Of a stretch of 64,000 nt of DNA, positions 1 to 8,893 are shown piece after piece. The notes under the pieces were generated by a model, which was not told the origin of the DNA, made no database searches, and was given only the letters and a program-made list of their open reading frames with translations. This stretch comes from an uncultured Verrucomicrobiae bacterium (GTDB lineage Bacteria; Verrucomicrobiota; Verrucomicrobiia; Limisphaerales; Palsa-1400). Positions within the stretch are counted from its first letter, which is position 1. Every line of letters begins with the position of its first letter. A program made the translations under genes and the position numbers. The stretch spans positions 288,001-352,000 of the forward strand of contig CAVPOM010000009.1 of the NCBI GenBank assembly GCA_963707025.1, written 5' to 3'.

Positions 1-1913
1 ACCTGACCTTCCACGGCCTCTCCTGGACCCCTGACCGCCGGCCCGTGATCACGACCAATCCCGCCAGCCAGTCCGTTTTGACCGGCGCGCCGGTCACATT
101 CACGGTGGCGGCGACCACGAATTTCGCGAACACCTATTCGTGGTACACCAATGGCACGCTGGATCCGAGCCAGACCACGACCAACTCTACTCTGGCCTCC
201 GCCACCGCCGGCGCCAGCTACTATGTCGTCGTTGCCAACCAGTTTGGCTCCGTCACGAGCACCACGGCGATTCTGACCGTGAACTCTGCTTTGACCGCAC
301 CGGGCCTGACTTCGCCTGTGCCTGCGCTCAACGTGACCAATGCGGTTTACGATACGATCACCCTTCCCGTCACCGCCTCCGGCACCACGCCGATGACCTA
401 CCAATGGCTTCAATACACCTCCGTGGGCGGCTTCGTCCCCTTGAGCGACGGCGGCGACTTTTCGGGCACCGCCACGGCGACGCTGACCATCCACACTACC
501 TCGACCGCGGATAGCGGCAGCTACTATGTTGTTCTCAACAATGCCGCCGGAACGCCGTCGCAGAATCTGGTTGCCGGCGTCACCGTGGTGAACCCGCTGC
601 CGGTCATTTTTACCGAGCCTGTGGGCACCTCCATGGCTTCCAATGGCATTGGCACTTTATCCGTCGGGGCCTATCCCCTGAACGCGACTTATCAATGGTA
701 TTATGGAGCGACGCCGACTCCGGGCGGGGCGATCCAGAATGTGGCCGGCCATTGGAGCGGGGCCACCGGCCCGACACTGACGGATTTGGACGCCGTGGGA
801 GCGGACGCGGGCAGTTACTCGGTTGTCGTTACTGACGCCGGTGGTTCTGTCACCAGCGCGGTGGTCACGGTAACCATCGTGCCGCTGTCGCCGTTCTCCT
901 TCCTGCCTTATACGGCTCCGGGCTCGGTATATGCGCAGAACTTTGATTCACTGCCGGACCCCGGAGTCACCTCCACGAACTCTGGAACGGGCGCCGAGAC
1001 CACCATTGGCGGCACAAATTATTTTGTCGGCGAAACGTTTGACTTTGCGGCTCCTACCGTGGCCAACGGCACCCAGGAGGGAGGCGGTCTTAATTTGCCG
1101 GGCATGGCTGGCTGGTTCTCCTCCGACAGCGGCGCCAATGAAATCCAGGCTACGACGGGCGACAACACCACCGGGCTGATTGTCAGCTTCGGCTGCACCA
1201 ACGCGGCAACCAATGCCGGTTTTAACCCTCTCTATCCAACCAATAACCGCGCGCTGGGAATCATTTCCTCGCCAGCCACCTCCGGCAACACGGTTTTTGC
1301 CCTCCGGGTCCGCAACCTGACCGGGCAAAGCCTGACCAACCTCAACCTGAGCTATGTCAGCGAGCTGTGGCGCAACACCCTGACGACCAATGCCGTAACA
1401 AACTACTATTACGTGGATCCGTTCGGCAACGCCACCACCCCCACCAATAATTGGACCGGAGGCTTGACCAATTTGACATTCGGGACGAACCTCGGAAGAC
1501 CGGCCCCGGGGAACGCACTCAAGATCTTTGGCACCAACGCCCCCATCGCCATTACCAACGAGTCGTTCGTCAATGTGCCGCTGGCCACCCCTTGCCCGCA
1601 AGGCGGCATCTTGTGGATTGTCTGGGAAGAACCGGCTCCGGTGAGCGGAGGACAGGGCATTGGCATTGACAATCTGGTTTTCTCCTCGGGTCCGCCGGCC
1701 TTGACGATTCAGGCGGCCGGTTCCTCGGTGGCCATTTCCTGGCCGCAAATGTTCACAGCTTACACCCTGCAATACAACAACACCGACATTTCCAATCCGG
1801 GCGGCTGGCAGAATTATGCCCTGCAGATGCCGGCTGTGTTCGAGGGAATCAACACCGTCACCGTGCCCATCGCCGGCACACAGCAATACTACTTCCGGCT
1901 CAAAGGCAATTGA
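1..1913 (+). CDS. Secreted immunoglobulin-domain protein (3 Ig-like repeats, unknown beta domain, Verrucomicrobia-type C-terminal tail); 5' truncated by the window
   Basis: Frame open from nt 3. Repeated I-set-like motifs (VITTNPASQSV..VTFTV, TYQW, DSGSYYVV, DAGSYSVVVT..GSVTS); tail PALTIQ..VAISWP..YTLQ..W..QYYFRL. Confidence 0.8.
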   Translation, partial: LTFHGLSWTPDRRPVITTNPASQSVLTGAPVTFTVAATTNFANTYSWYTNGTLDPSQTTTNSTLASATAGASYYVVVANQFGSVTSTTAILTVNSALTAPGLTSPVPALNVTNAVYDTITLPVTASGTTPMTYQWLQYTSVGGFVPLSDGGDFSGTATATLTIHTTSTADSGSYYVVLNNAAGTPSQNLVAGVTVVNPLPVIFTEPVGTSMASNGIGTLSVGAYPLNATYQWYYGATPTPGGAIQNVAGHWSGATGPTLTDLDAVGADAGSYSVVVTDAGGSVTSAVVTVTIVPLSPFSFLPYTAPGSVYAQNFDSLPDPGVTSTNSGTGAETTIGGTNYFVGETFDFAAPTVANGTQEGGGLNLPGMAGWFSSDSGANEIQATTGDNTTGLIVSFGCTNAATNAGFNPLYPTNNRALGIISSPATSGNTVFALRVRNLTGQSLTNLNLSYVSELWRNTLTTNAVTNYYYVDPFGNATTPTNNWTGGLTNLTFGTNLGRPAPGNALKIFGTNAPIAITNESFVNVPLATPCPQGGILWIVWEEPAPVSGGQGIGIDNLVFSSGPPALTIQAAGSSVAISWPQMFTAYTLQYNNTDISNPGGWQNYALQMPAVFEGINTVTVPIAGTQQYYFRLKGN

Positions 1914-2217
1914 ACACCGGCCAACGGCCGCCTGCCATCAGCGCGGGCAGCCGATTTGGATGTCCGGGGCGGCGCGGTGGATGTGGCAATGGTGCCCGCC
2001 GGCTTCTTCCATTTGGGCGGAGGTTCGGTTCAACTCCGTCTGGCTCAACCCCACGATGGAACGGAGGCCAGGGCTGAACCGCGCCGGCGCCAGTGCCAGC
2101 GCCTGGTGGGCGTCTTGCCGCAGGCTCGGCGCCGGCAGGCACTCGCGGCGGAATAGCCGGGGTTGAGCTGGGAAATCTGCGGGTCGCACGCCATCCTAAT
2201 TCTGCTTGCTCAATCCC

Positions 2218-2817
2218 TCATTTGTCCCCGGGCATCAGGTTCTCATGGATGCACTTGGTTTCTCCGGGGATGAGGCGGCCCTCTGCATCGTAGCGCAATT
2301 GGATCACCCAGGAAAAAACATCATCCGGCCATTGGCCGCCGGGCAACAGCTTGGCGGGATCGCCGCCCAGGCCGGCAATGAGGGCGGGAATTTGGCCGTG
2401 GTGCCAGGCGATGAGGATTCCTTGGCCGTGCGGCCGCGCTTGCAGCTCGCCGGCCAGTTCTCCCGCTTGCTTGTCTGCGTACCGCAAGTCCAGCGGCAGG
2501 CCCAGCGACTGGCTCAACGGTTCCAGCGTCAGGCGGCTACGATGGCTGTTTTTAGAATCAGCGGCGGCGAAAAGGCAGTCCAAGTGCAGCGGTTTCGAGT
2601 CAATGGCAAATTTTCTGAAATAATTCGTGTAGGCCGCGGCCCGCTGGACGCCGGCGGGCGTCAAGTCCATGCCGCTCTCCGGTTTTTCCGCGTGGCGGAC
2701 GATCAAGATCACCGCATTGCGCAGGGCGTTGGGATTCCTGGCGCCGGGCGCATGGGTGGCCGGCGTCTGGGCCGGACAAGTCGTCAAGGCCAGAGCCAGC
2801 CACGCGCAGCAGGGCAA
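2218..2817 (-). CDS. Exported histidine phosphatase (phosphoglycerate mutase superfamily)
   Basis: ILIVRHAEKP catalytic RH motif, LTPAGVQRA, LIAWHH; hydrophobic N-terminus; TTG start with an in-frame stop just upstream. Confidence 0.75.
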   Translation of the reverse strand: MPCCAWLALALTTCPAQTPATHAPGARNPNALRNAVILIVRHAEKPESGMDLTPAGVQRAAAYTNYFRKFAIDSKPLHLDCLFAAADSKNSHRSRLTLEPLSQSLGLPLDLRYADKQAGELAGELQARPHGQGILIAWHHGQIPALIAGLGGDPAKLLPGGQWPDDVFSWVIQLRYDAEGRLIPGETKCIHENLMPGDK

Positions 2818-2983
2818 AAATCGTTTCTTTGTATCGTTCGCGCGCTATTGCTACGGCACCCGGCGGCCCTGCGCAATAAAATTAGCTGCGCCGGGTTGGC
2901 GTTCATTTCAGCGTGCCACGATGCAAGGTCCAACTTTTATGACCCATATTTTTAGAGCGGTGTCAGACTTCATTTTGCATTCT

Positions 2984-4351
2984 TCATCTTGCATTTTGCA
3001 TTTCGGCCGAGCACGGGGCCAGGATGGCGGTGCTCATGCCGTGGATGATTTTTTTGTCCGCGGGACAGATGGTGGCCAGGACGCCGCCCAGGCTGGCGCG
3101 GGCGGCGTCGCCGTCGCCGCTGACAAAATAGTAGGGACAGAGGCGCGCGCGACCGGGCATGGCGACCCGTTCGTTCTTCTCGAAATCAAACCAGTGCGAC
3201 TCGACCAGGCGGGGCTTGTGGTAGCGTTGCAGGACACAGGGCGACCGGGGAAATGACTGGAGGGCGTCGTCCACGGCGGCGCTCCAGTCGGCGGTGGAAA
3301 GATCGCTGCCGAGATGAACGCCGCGCGCGCCCCAGGCTTTTTCGGAAAAGCCGGAGACTTTGAGAATCAATTCGCGGTCGCGCTGGGAAAGGGACTTGAG
3401 CTGGGTCCAGTCTGTCAAGTTCAATTCCGGGATGGCGCCCTGCGGCGGGAGCGGGGCCGGGTCAACCATCCAGGTGTAGGGGACCAGTTGCTGGAGGCGG
3501 TGCAAAAAGCCTTCGCCCAGTTCCTGGCGCCAAAAGGGGCGCAGGTTGCGGTTCCAAAGAAGGGCGAAGAGCATTTTTTCCTCGAAGAGCGGCCGGGGCG
3601 GCGGGGTGAGGCGGATTTTTTTGGCCAGGGCCATGTCCATGATAGCTTTTGCCGAGGGGACGTTGGGCAGGTCGAACAATTCAAAAAAGCGATAGACGGC
3701 GTCGCCGTCCTCCAACCCGGTGAAGCGGGCGTCGCGGACGTGGAATTTATCGCCCAGTTGGGCGGCCAGCCAGTTCATTTCCGGCCGGTAAGTTTGCGCT
3801 TCCTCGGAAATGACGATGTGGACGGATTTGGCGTCGCCGAAAATGCCGGCGAAACCGCGGATCATGCCGTCGGCGCCGCCGAGGAGTCCGGGCGCGGCCA
3901 GGAGCGGGGCGGAATAAGTTTGGTTGAGCCAGGCGGTCAGGCCGATGCCGCCGGGGACGCTGTCCAGTTCGGTAATGCGGGGGCCGGATTCGCTGAGGAT
4001 GATGTCCGGGCGGATGACGCGGGGGAGGTCGTTTTTGAAGGCGGCGGCGCGCTGGATTTCCAGGAGTTGGGGCGGCTTGCCCTGGTCCAGCCATTGGGCG
4101 ACCCAGGGCGGTTGTTGGCCAGCCAGGCTCTGGCGATAGAGCAAATTGACGGCGCGATTGAATTGGAGCAAAACGCGGCCCAGGCTTTCCAGGTCCGCCG
4201 CCAGCTCGCGGCCCAGCGGAAAAGGCGCCGGGGAAACGCGCCAGTCCTGCCCGGAAAACAAACCGCCGGCGGGCATGGCCTCGCGGACAAAACGGGCGTT
4301 CCTGGAGAATAGTGAATCGTCTGCCGGAGCCGTTGGAGTGGGATTTTGCAC
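2984..4351 (-). CDS. ATP-grasp-like / glutathionylspermidine-synthase-like hypothetical ligase
   Basis: RPDIIL..ITELDSVPGGIG, LILKVSGFSEKAWGARGV, VLQRY, RARLCPYYF; GTG at 4351 lies 5 nt after the proA stop. Confidence 0.6.
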   Translation of the reverse strand: MQNPTPTAPADDSLFSRNARFVREAMPAGGLFSGQDWRVSPAPFPLGRELAADLESLGRVLLQFNRAVNLLYRQSLAGQQPPWVAQWLDQGKPPQLLEIQRAAAFKNDLPRVIRPDIILSESGPRITELDSVPGGIGLTAWLNQTYSAPLLAAPGLLGGADGMIRGFAGIFGDAKSVHIVISEEAQTYRPEMNWLAAQLGDKFHVRDARFTGLEDGDAVYRFFELFDLPNVPSAKAIMDMALAKKIRLTPPPRPLFEEKMLFALLWNRNLRPFWRQELGEGFLHRLQQLVPYTWMVDPAPLPPQGAIPELNLTDWTQLKSLSQRDRELILKVSGFSEKAWGARGVHLGSDLSTADWSAAVDDALQSFPRSPCVLQRYHKPRLVESHWFDFEKNERVAMPGRARLCPYYFVSGDGDAARASLGGVLATICPADKKIIHGMSTAILAPCSAEMQNAR

Positions 4352-4356
4352 GCAGG

Positions 4357-5643
4357 CTAGGTTCGGACCTGCCCGTTGCCGAGGCCGATCCATTTGTAGC
4401 TGGTCAATTCCTCCAGGCCCATGGGGCCGCGCGCGCCGATTTTGTCGGTGCTGATGCCGATTTCGGCGCCCATGCCAAACTCGCCGCCATCGGTGAAACG
4501 GGTGGAGGCGTTCCAATAGACCGCGGCGGAATCCACTTCGGCCAAAAACTGCCGGGCGCGCCCCTCGTCGCGCGTGACGATGCTGTCGGAATGGGCCGAG
4601 CCATATTGGTTGATGTGGGCAATGGCCTGGGCGAGGCCGTCCACCACGCGGATGTTGACGATGTAATCGTTGTATTCGGTGTAAAAATCCTGGTCGGTGG
4701 CCGGCCGGATGGGGCGGGCGGCCTGCGGGAGGCTGGCTTCCAGGATTTGGCGGGCGGCATCATCGGCCCGCATTTCGACTTTTTTGGCGTCGAAACGGGC
4801 GCCCACGACAGGGAGAAACTTTGCCGCGACGGCGGAATCCACCAGCAAGGTTTCCATGGCGTTGCAGACGGCGGGGCGCTGGCATTTGGCGTTGAAGGCG
4901 ATTTCCCCGGCCATTTGCAAATCGGCGTCCGCGTCCACATAAACATGGCAGACGCCCTTGTAATGTTTGATGACGGGCACCTTGGAGCAGTCGGCCACGG
5001 CGCGAATGAGCCTCTCGCCGCCGCGCGGCATGCACAAATCCACGTATTGGGTGAGCGCGAGCAGTTCCCGGATGGCCTCGCGCTCGGGGGTGCGCACGAC
5101 CTGGACGGCGTGGGCGGGAAAAGCAGGCAGCGCCCGGGAGGCGGCCTGGGTGAGAACGTCGGCGATGGCTTGATTGGAATGAAGGGCCTCCTTGCCGCCG
5201 CGCAAAATGGCGGCGTTGCCGGACTTGAAGCAAAGGCTGGCGGCGTCGGCGGTGACGTTGGGACGCGATTCATAAATGATGACGACGACGCCGATGGGCG
5301 TGGAAATTTTTTGGAGGCGCAAACCGTTGGGGCGGGTGCGGTCGTCGAGAATTCTGCCGACGGGATCGGGCAGGGCGGCGACTTGGCGCAGGCCGTGGGA
5401 CATGGCGGCGAGGCGTTTGGCGTCGAGTTGGAGGCGGTCGAGCATGACGATGGAGAGGCCCATTTTGGCCGCGGCCGCCATGTCGCCGGCGTTGGCCTCC
5501 TGGATGGCGGGACGGTTTTGGTCGAGGGCATCGGCCATGGCGAGGAGGCAGGCGTTTTTCTGGGCGGTGGTCAACTGGGCCAGTTGACGGGAGGCCGTTT
5601 TGGCTTGCCGGGCCACCTGCGTCATCTCATCGGTCAAACTCAT
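4357..5643 (-). CDS. proA: Gamma-glutamyl phosphate reductase
   Basis: PIGVVVIIYESRPNVT, KSGNAAILRGGKEA, CNAMETLLV, VYWNASTRFTDGGEFGMGAEIGISTDKIGARGPMGL. Confidence 0.97.
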   Translation of the reverse strand: MSLTDEMTQVARQAKTASRQLAQLTTAQKNACLLAMADALDQNRPAIQEANAGDMAAAAKMGLSIVMLDRLQLDAKRLAAMSHGLRQVAALPDPVGRILDDRTRPNGLRLQKISTPIGVVVIIYESRPNVTADAASLCFKSGNAAILRGGKEALHSNQAIADVLTQAASRALPAFPAHAVQVVRTPEREAIRELLALTQYVDLCMPRGGERLIRAVADCSKVPVIKHYKGVCHVYVDADADLQMAGEIAFNAKCQRPAVCNAMETLLVDSAVAAKFLPVVGARFDAKKVEMRADDAARQILEASLPQAARPIRPATDQDFYTEYNDYIVNIRVVDGLAQAIAHINQYGSAHSDSIVTRDEGRARQFLAEVDSAAVYWNASTRFTDGGEFGMGAEIGISTDKIGARGPMGLEELTSYKWIGLGNGQVRT

Positions 5644-5861
5644 GGGGGCAAGTTAATTCAAAATGGGGTGGTGGAAAGGGGAAAGTTGCGCGGTGGTGGA
5701 GTGTTGGAGTGGTGGGGTGGGAATGCTGGCATATTTTTTGGACGGTAGTTTGAAACCAGATAAAGCCGCTGAAGCCAGCGCCGGTTGGCTGGCCCAGTTC
5801 CGTTTTCCGAAAAGAAAATCGTGCTCGACTCGGCGAGCGGCAAGGTTTATATTTTGAAGCA

Positions 5862-6067
5862 ATGACAAGGAAATTCCATGTGACTCTGCTTGAGCACGAT
5901 GAAGGTGTGTCGGTCAGTTGTCCAGAACTGCCGGGATGCCATTCGCAGGGCGCAACCATTGCGGAAGCCATGGAAAACATCCACGATGCGATCGAAGGCT
6001 ACCTGGAGTCTACGGGGAGCCGGCCGTGCGCTGCCAAGTCCGCGAAATGGAAGTGGCCACTCGTTAG
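5862..6067 (+). CDS. hicB: HicB family antitoxin (apparent frameshift near 6013-6017)
   Basis: VSVSCPELPGCHSQGATIAEAMENIHDAIEGYL; typical end VREMEVA* (TAG 6065-6067) lies in another frame. Confidence 0.85.
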
Positions 6068-6070
6068 GTC

Positions 6071-6283
6071 ATGCCCAAGCTTCCCGGCGTAAACCATCTC
6101 CGGGCCGTCAAGGCCCTGCAAAAAGCCGGTTTCCAAATTGACCGGCAAAGCAAGCACATCTTCCTGTCGAAAGGCCCGGTGAAAGTCGTGGTGCCGCGCA
6201 ATAATCCGGTGGATGCCTACACCATGGCCGCCATTGTGCGAGACGCGGGATTGACCATCGAGGATTTCAAGGAACTGCTTTGA
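6071..6283 (+). CDS. hicA: HicA family mRNA interferase toxin
   Basis: MPKLPGVNHLRAVKALQKAGF..RQSKHI..VVVPRNNPVDAYTMAAIVRDAGLTIEDFKELL; directly after hicB. Confidence 0.88.
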   Translation: MPKLPGVNHLRAVKALQKAGFQIDRQSKHIFLSKGPVKVVVPRNNPVDAYTMAAIVRDAGLTIEDFKELL

Positions 6284-6294
6284 ACCTGCGATGG

Positions 6295-7152
6295 TCAGGC
6301 CAGCGGGAGGCTGGAGCCTACGCGGGTGGTTTCGTCGTGGATGGCCAGGATGGGAGCGATGGCCGCGTCCACCTGGGTGTTGCCGAGGGTGGCCAACAGT
6401 TCGCAGGTGGCGTAGGCGCGGCTGGCGCCGAGATAGCGGGTCTCCCATTCTTTGAAGCGCTGCTCTTGCTTGGCGTCGGCCCAGGGCCAGGGACCGGGAG
6501 GCATCCCCGACTTGCAGCGCCAAGGCTTGGGGGTCAGGCGGGCGCGGAAGCATTTCTGGGCCTTGCAGAGCTTTTGATAAAGCGGGTCGGCGCCCAACTC
6601 GTCGAAGAGCGGATCGGAAGCCGTGTTGGCCGGATCAAACAATTGGTGCGTCGCCAGCAGGCGGAAACCAGCCCGCGTCCGGTAAACCCGCCAGCCCCAG
6701 CCCGGTTGTCTGGCGGCGAGCTTGCCGGCCTTGGCCAGCAACCCGATTTGCGCCGGGTCAGGCCCGGCGGCTGGGGGAGAGGGTTTGGCCCCGCCGAAGA
6801 GGCCTTTGAGCAGTTTGCCCAAGCCCGTGGACTTTTCTGGCTCCGGCAAATCCACATCCACGAACAGGATTTGCGCCGTGTTCAACACCTGGCAGCCATA
6901 CGCATTGCGGGTGATCACCGCCGTCACCTCTCCGTTGGGATCCTTGAGTTCGCGCAGGACCGGTTCGCGCAAGGGCCGGTCGCTGCCATATCCATAACGG
7001 CGCTTGACCATTTCCTTGGCGTCATAGCGCGCCATGGCCATTTCCGCGTTGGCGCGTCCGACCGCTTGCGCCTCGGCCAGACTGTGGTTCGACCAGCCCC
7101 AGCAGGAGAACTTCCGGAACTGGCCCTTGGCCCAAAACTGCGGGAAATTCAT
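6295..7152 (-). CDS. Conserved-looking hypothetical protein
   Basis: Long ORF with normal codon usage from ATG 7152 (MNFPQFWAKG); motifs ITRNAYGCQVLNT, FVDVD, RVYRTRAGFR, CFRARLTPKPWR. No function assigned. Confidence 0.75.
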   Translation of the reverse strand: MNFPQFWAKGQFRKFSCWGWSNHSLAEAQAVGRANAEMAMARYDAKEMVKRRYGYGSDRPLREPVLRELKDPNGEVTAVITRNAYGCQVLNTAQILFVDVDLPEPEKSTGLGKLLKGLFGGAKPSPPAAGPDPAQIGLLAKAGKLAARQPGWGWRVYRTRAGFRLLATHQLFDPANTASDPLFDELGADPLYQKLCKAQKCFRARLTPKPWRCKSGMPPGPWPWADAKQEQRFKEWETRYLGASRAYATCELLATLGNTQVDAAIAPILAIHDETTRVGSSLPLA

Positions 7153-7197
7153 GGGCAATGAAGTGCCCCAGAATCCCGGGACAGTCAAGACTCCAAT

Positions 7198-8016
7198 TCA
7201 GGCGCTGGCGCTGGTGTAGTGTTTGAGGGAGAAGCGCCAGAAAATTTCCGAGAGGAGGAAACAAAGGGCGCTCATGGCGGCCAGCAGAACCATTTCCCAC
7301 GTCGAATCCAGCCGCGCGGTCAGCAGCTTGACGGGCACGTTGGCCACCAGCAGCATCGGGATGGCAAAGCGAAAGAAGGCCTTGAAGAAGCCGTGAAAGG
7401 CGGCGTCGGGCAGGCGCGCGATGTTGAAGAGGTTGTAATAACCCCAGACAATGTTCTGGGCGCGCACGGTCCAGAAAGCGACGCTGGCCAGCAGAAACAT
7501 CAGGGAGTAATGCACCACGATCCCGGCGGCGCAGAGGAAAAGAAAACCAATCATCTGCCCCGCCGAGGGGACCAGGTGCAGTTGCCGGGCGGCGTAGGCC
7601 ATGACGCCGAGGGCGGAAGCGGCGTTGACAAACCCGCCCAGGTCCACCTGGCGCAGGGAGATCAAAAAGCGGCTGTTGACCGGGAGCAAGAGCATGAAAT
7701 CCAGCCGGCCGGTGCGGACGAGTTCGGAAAGCTGGATGCAGTTGGTCAGGAAAAAGGCCTGGAACATCTGCTGGATGAACTGGCTCGCCCCCACCAGCAT
7801 CATCACCTGCCATTTTGTCCAGTCGCCGATGGTCTCGGTGTGCAGATAAATCACGCTGATGAAACTCAATTGCAGGCCGAACCAGAGGGATTCCACCACC
7901 AGCCATAAAAGAAAATTGCTTTTGAAGCTCATCTCGCGCGCGACGGAATTGCGCCAGAGCGCCTGGTAAATGCCCAGGTGCCGCCACAGTGGGTGGGGAG
8001 GTTTTGGGTTCACCAT
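7198..8016 (-). CDS. ABC-2 family (membrane_6/DUF990-like) permease
   Basis: About 6 TM segments; IGDWTKWQV, LVRTGRLDFMLLLPV; TGATG overlap with the upstream permease. Confidence 0.85.
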   Translation of the reverse strand: MVNPKPPHPLWRHLGIYQALWRNSVAREMSFKSNFLLWLVVESLWFGLQLSFISVIYLHTETIGDWTKWQVMMLVGASQFIQQMFQAFFLTNCIQLSELVRTGRLDFMLLLPVNSRFLISLRQVDLGGFVNAASALGVMAYAARQLHLVPSAGQMIGFLFLCAAGIVVHYSLMFLLASVAFWTVRAQNIVWGYYNLFNIARLPDAAFHGFFKAFFRFAIPMLLVANVPVKLLTARLDSTWEMVLLAAMSALCFLLSEIFWRFSLKHYTSASA

Positions 8017-8817
8017 CAACCTCCCACCGCCGTATAAGTGCGGATGCCCCGCCGCCAGACCCACCGCGCCACGAAGTAAAAGAGAACCACCCAGCCGGCC
8101 TGGATGGCCAGGCCGCGCCCGAGTTCCGCCCCGCCCGTCTGGCCCAGATAAACGCTCACGGGAAAATAAAGAAGGTAGGGAAACGGGGTGCATTGCAGCG
8201 CCATCTCCAAGCCGTGCGGCAGGATGTTCAGCGGAAACAAATGTCCGCCCGCGATGTATTCAAAGGCGAAGAGAATGAAAATGACCGTCGAAACTTCCAG
8301 CAGCCAAAAGGCCAGCAGGGCCATGGTGTAGGACATGAAGAATTGCAGCAGGCCCGTCAGCAGGACGGACAAGACAAAGCACCCGGTCATGGCCCAGCCC
8401 GGCGGCGCCACAAAATAATGGCGGAAGCAGAATATGAACAGGCCGACGGGCACGATCGAAACCGCGGTGAAAACCAATTTTCCAGAAAGAAAAAGGCAAA
8501 TCCGGTAGGTCAGGTAATCCATCGGTTTGAGCAGGAACTGGCTGATGTTGCCGTCCTTGATGTCGGCGGCAATCTGCCAGTCGTCCTCGTTGACGGCGGT
8601 CAGCGTGTCCACCATCGTGACCAGCAGATAGTAGGAGATCATGGCGGCCAGGGAGTAGCCGGCCACGTCGGTTTTTTGCCCGCGGTAAATAGTTTGCCAG
8701 AGATAAATGGTGGCCAGGAGCGGCAGGAGCGAGACGGCGGCGCGAAAGAAAAAATTGAAGCGGTAGACGAGCATGTTCTCGGTTCCGATCTTCATGACAT
8801 GCCAGGTACTTTTTCAT
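8016..8817 (-). CDS. ABC-2 family (membrane_6/DUF990-like) permease (one extra base near 8802)
   Basis: YRFNFF, IKDGNISQFLLKPMDY, GGHLFPL, YTAVGG; removing one G gives MKKYLHVMKIG from ATG 8817. Confidence 0.85.
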
Positions 8818-8824
8818 TTTCTTT

Positions 8825-8881
8825 CTTAATCCTAATCCTAATCTTAATCCCGTGCGAAAAAGATTAAGATTACGATTAGGA
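8825..8881. repeat. Inverted pair of C(C/T)TAAT hexamer tandem arrays
   Basis: cttaat cctaat cctaat cttaat ... agattaagattacgattagga. Confidence 0.8.
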
Positions 8882-8893
8882 GGCCTGCGCCCA

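Noticed and set aside
1914..2217. Short ORFs between the Ig protein and the phosphatase
   Set aside because: Several overlapping frames, none with a recognisable motif or start signal.
4312..5748. Long antisense ORFs (e.g. 4312-5748, 9140-10735, 32578-33969, 38002-40113, 40512-42131)
   Set aside because: Shadow frames opposite well-supported genes, as expected at high GC.
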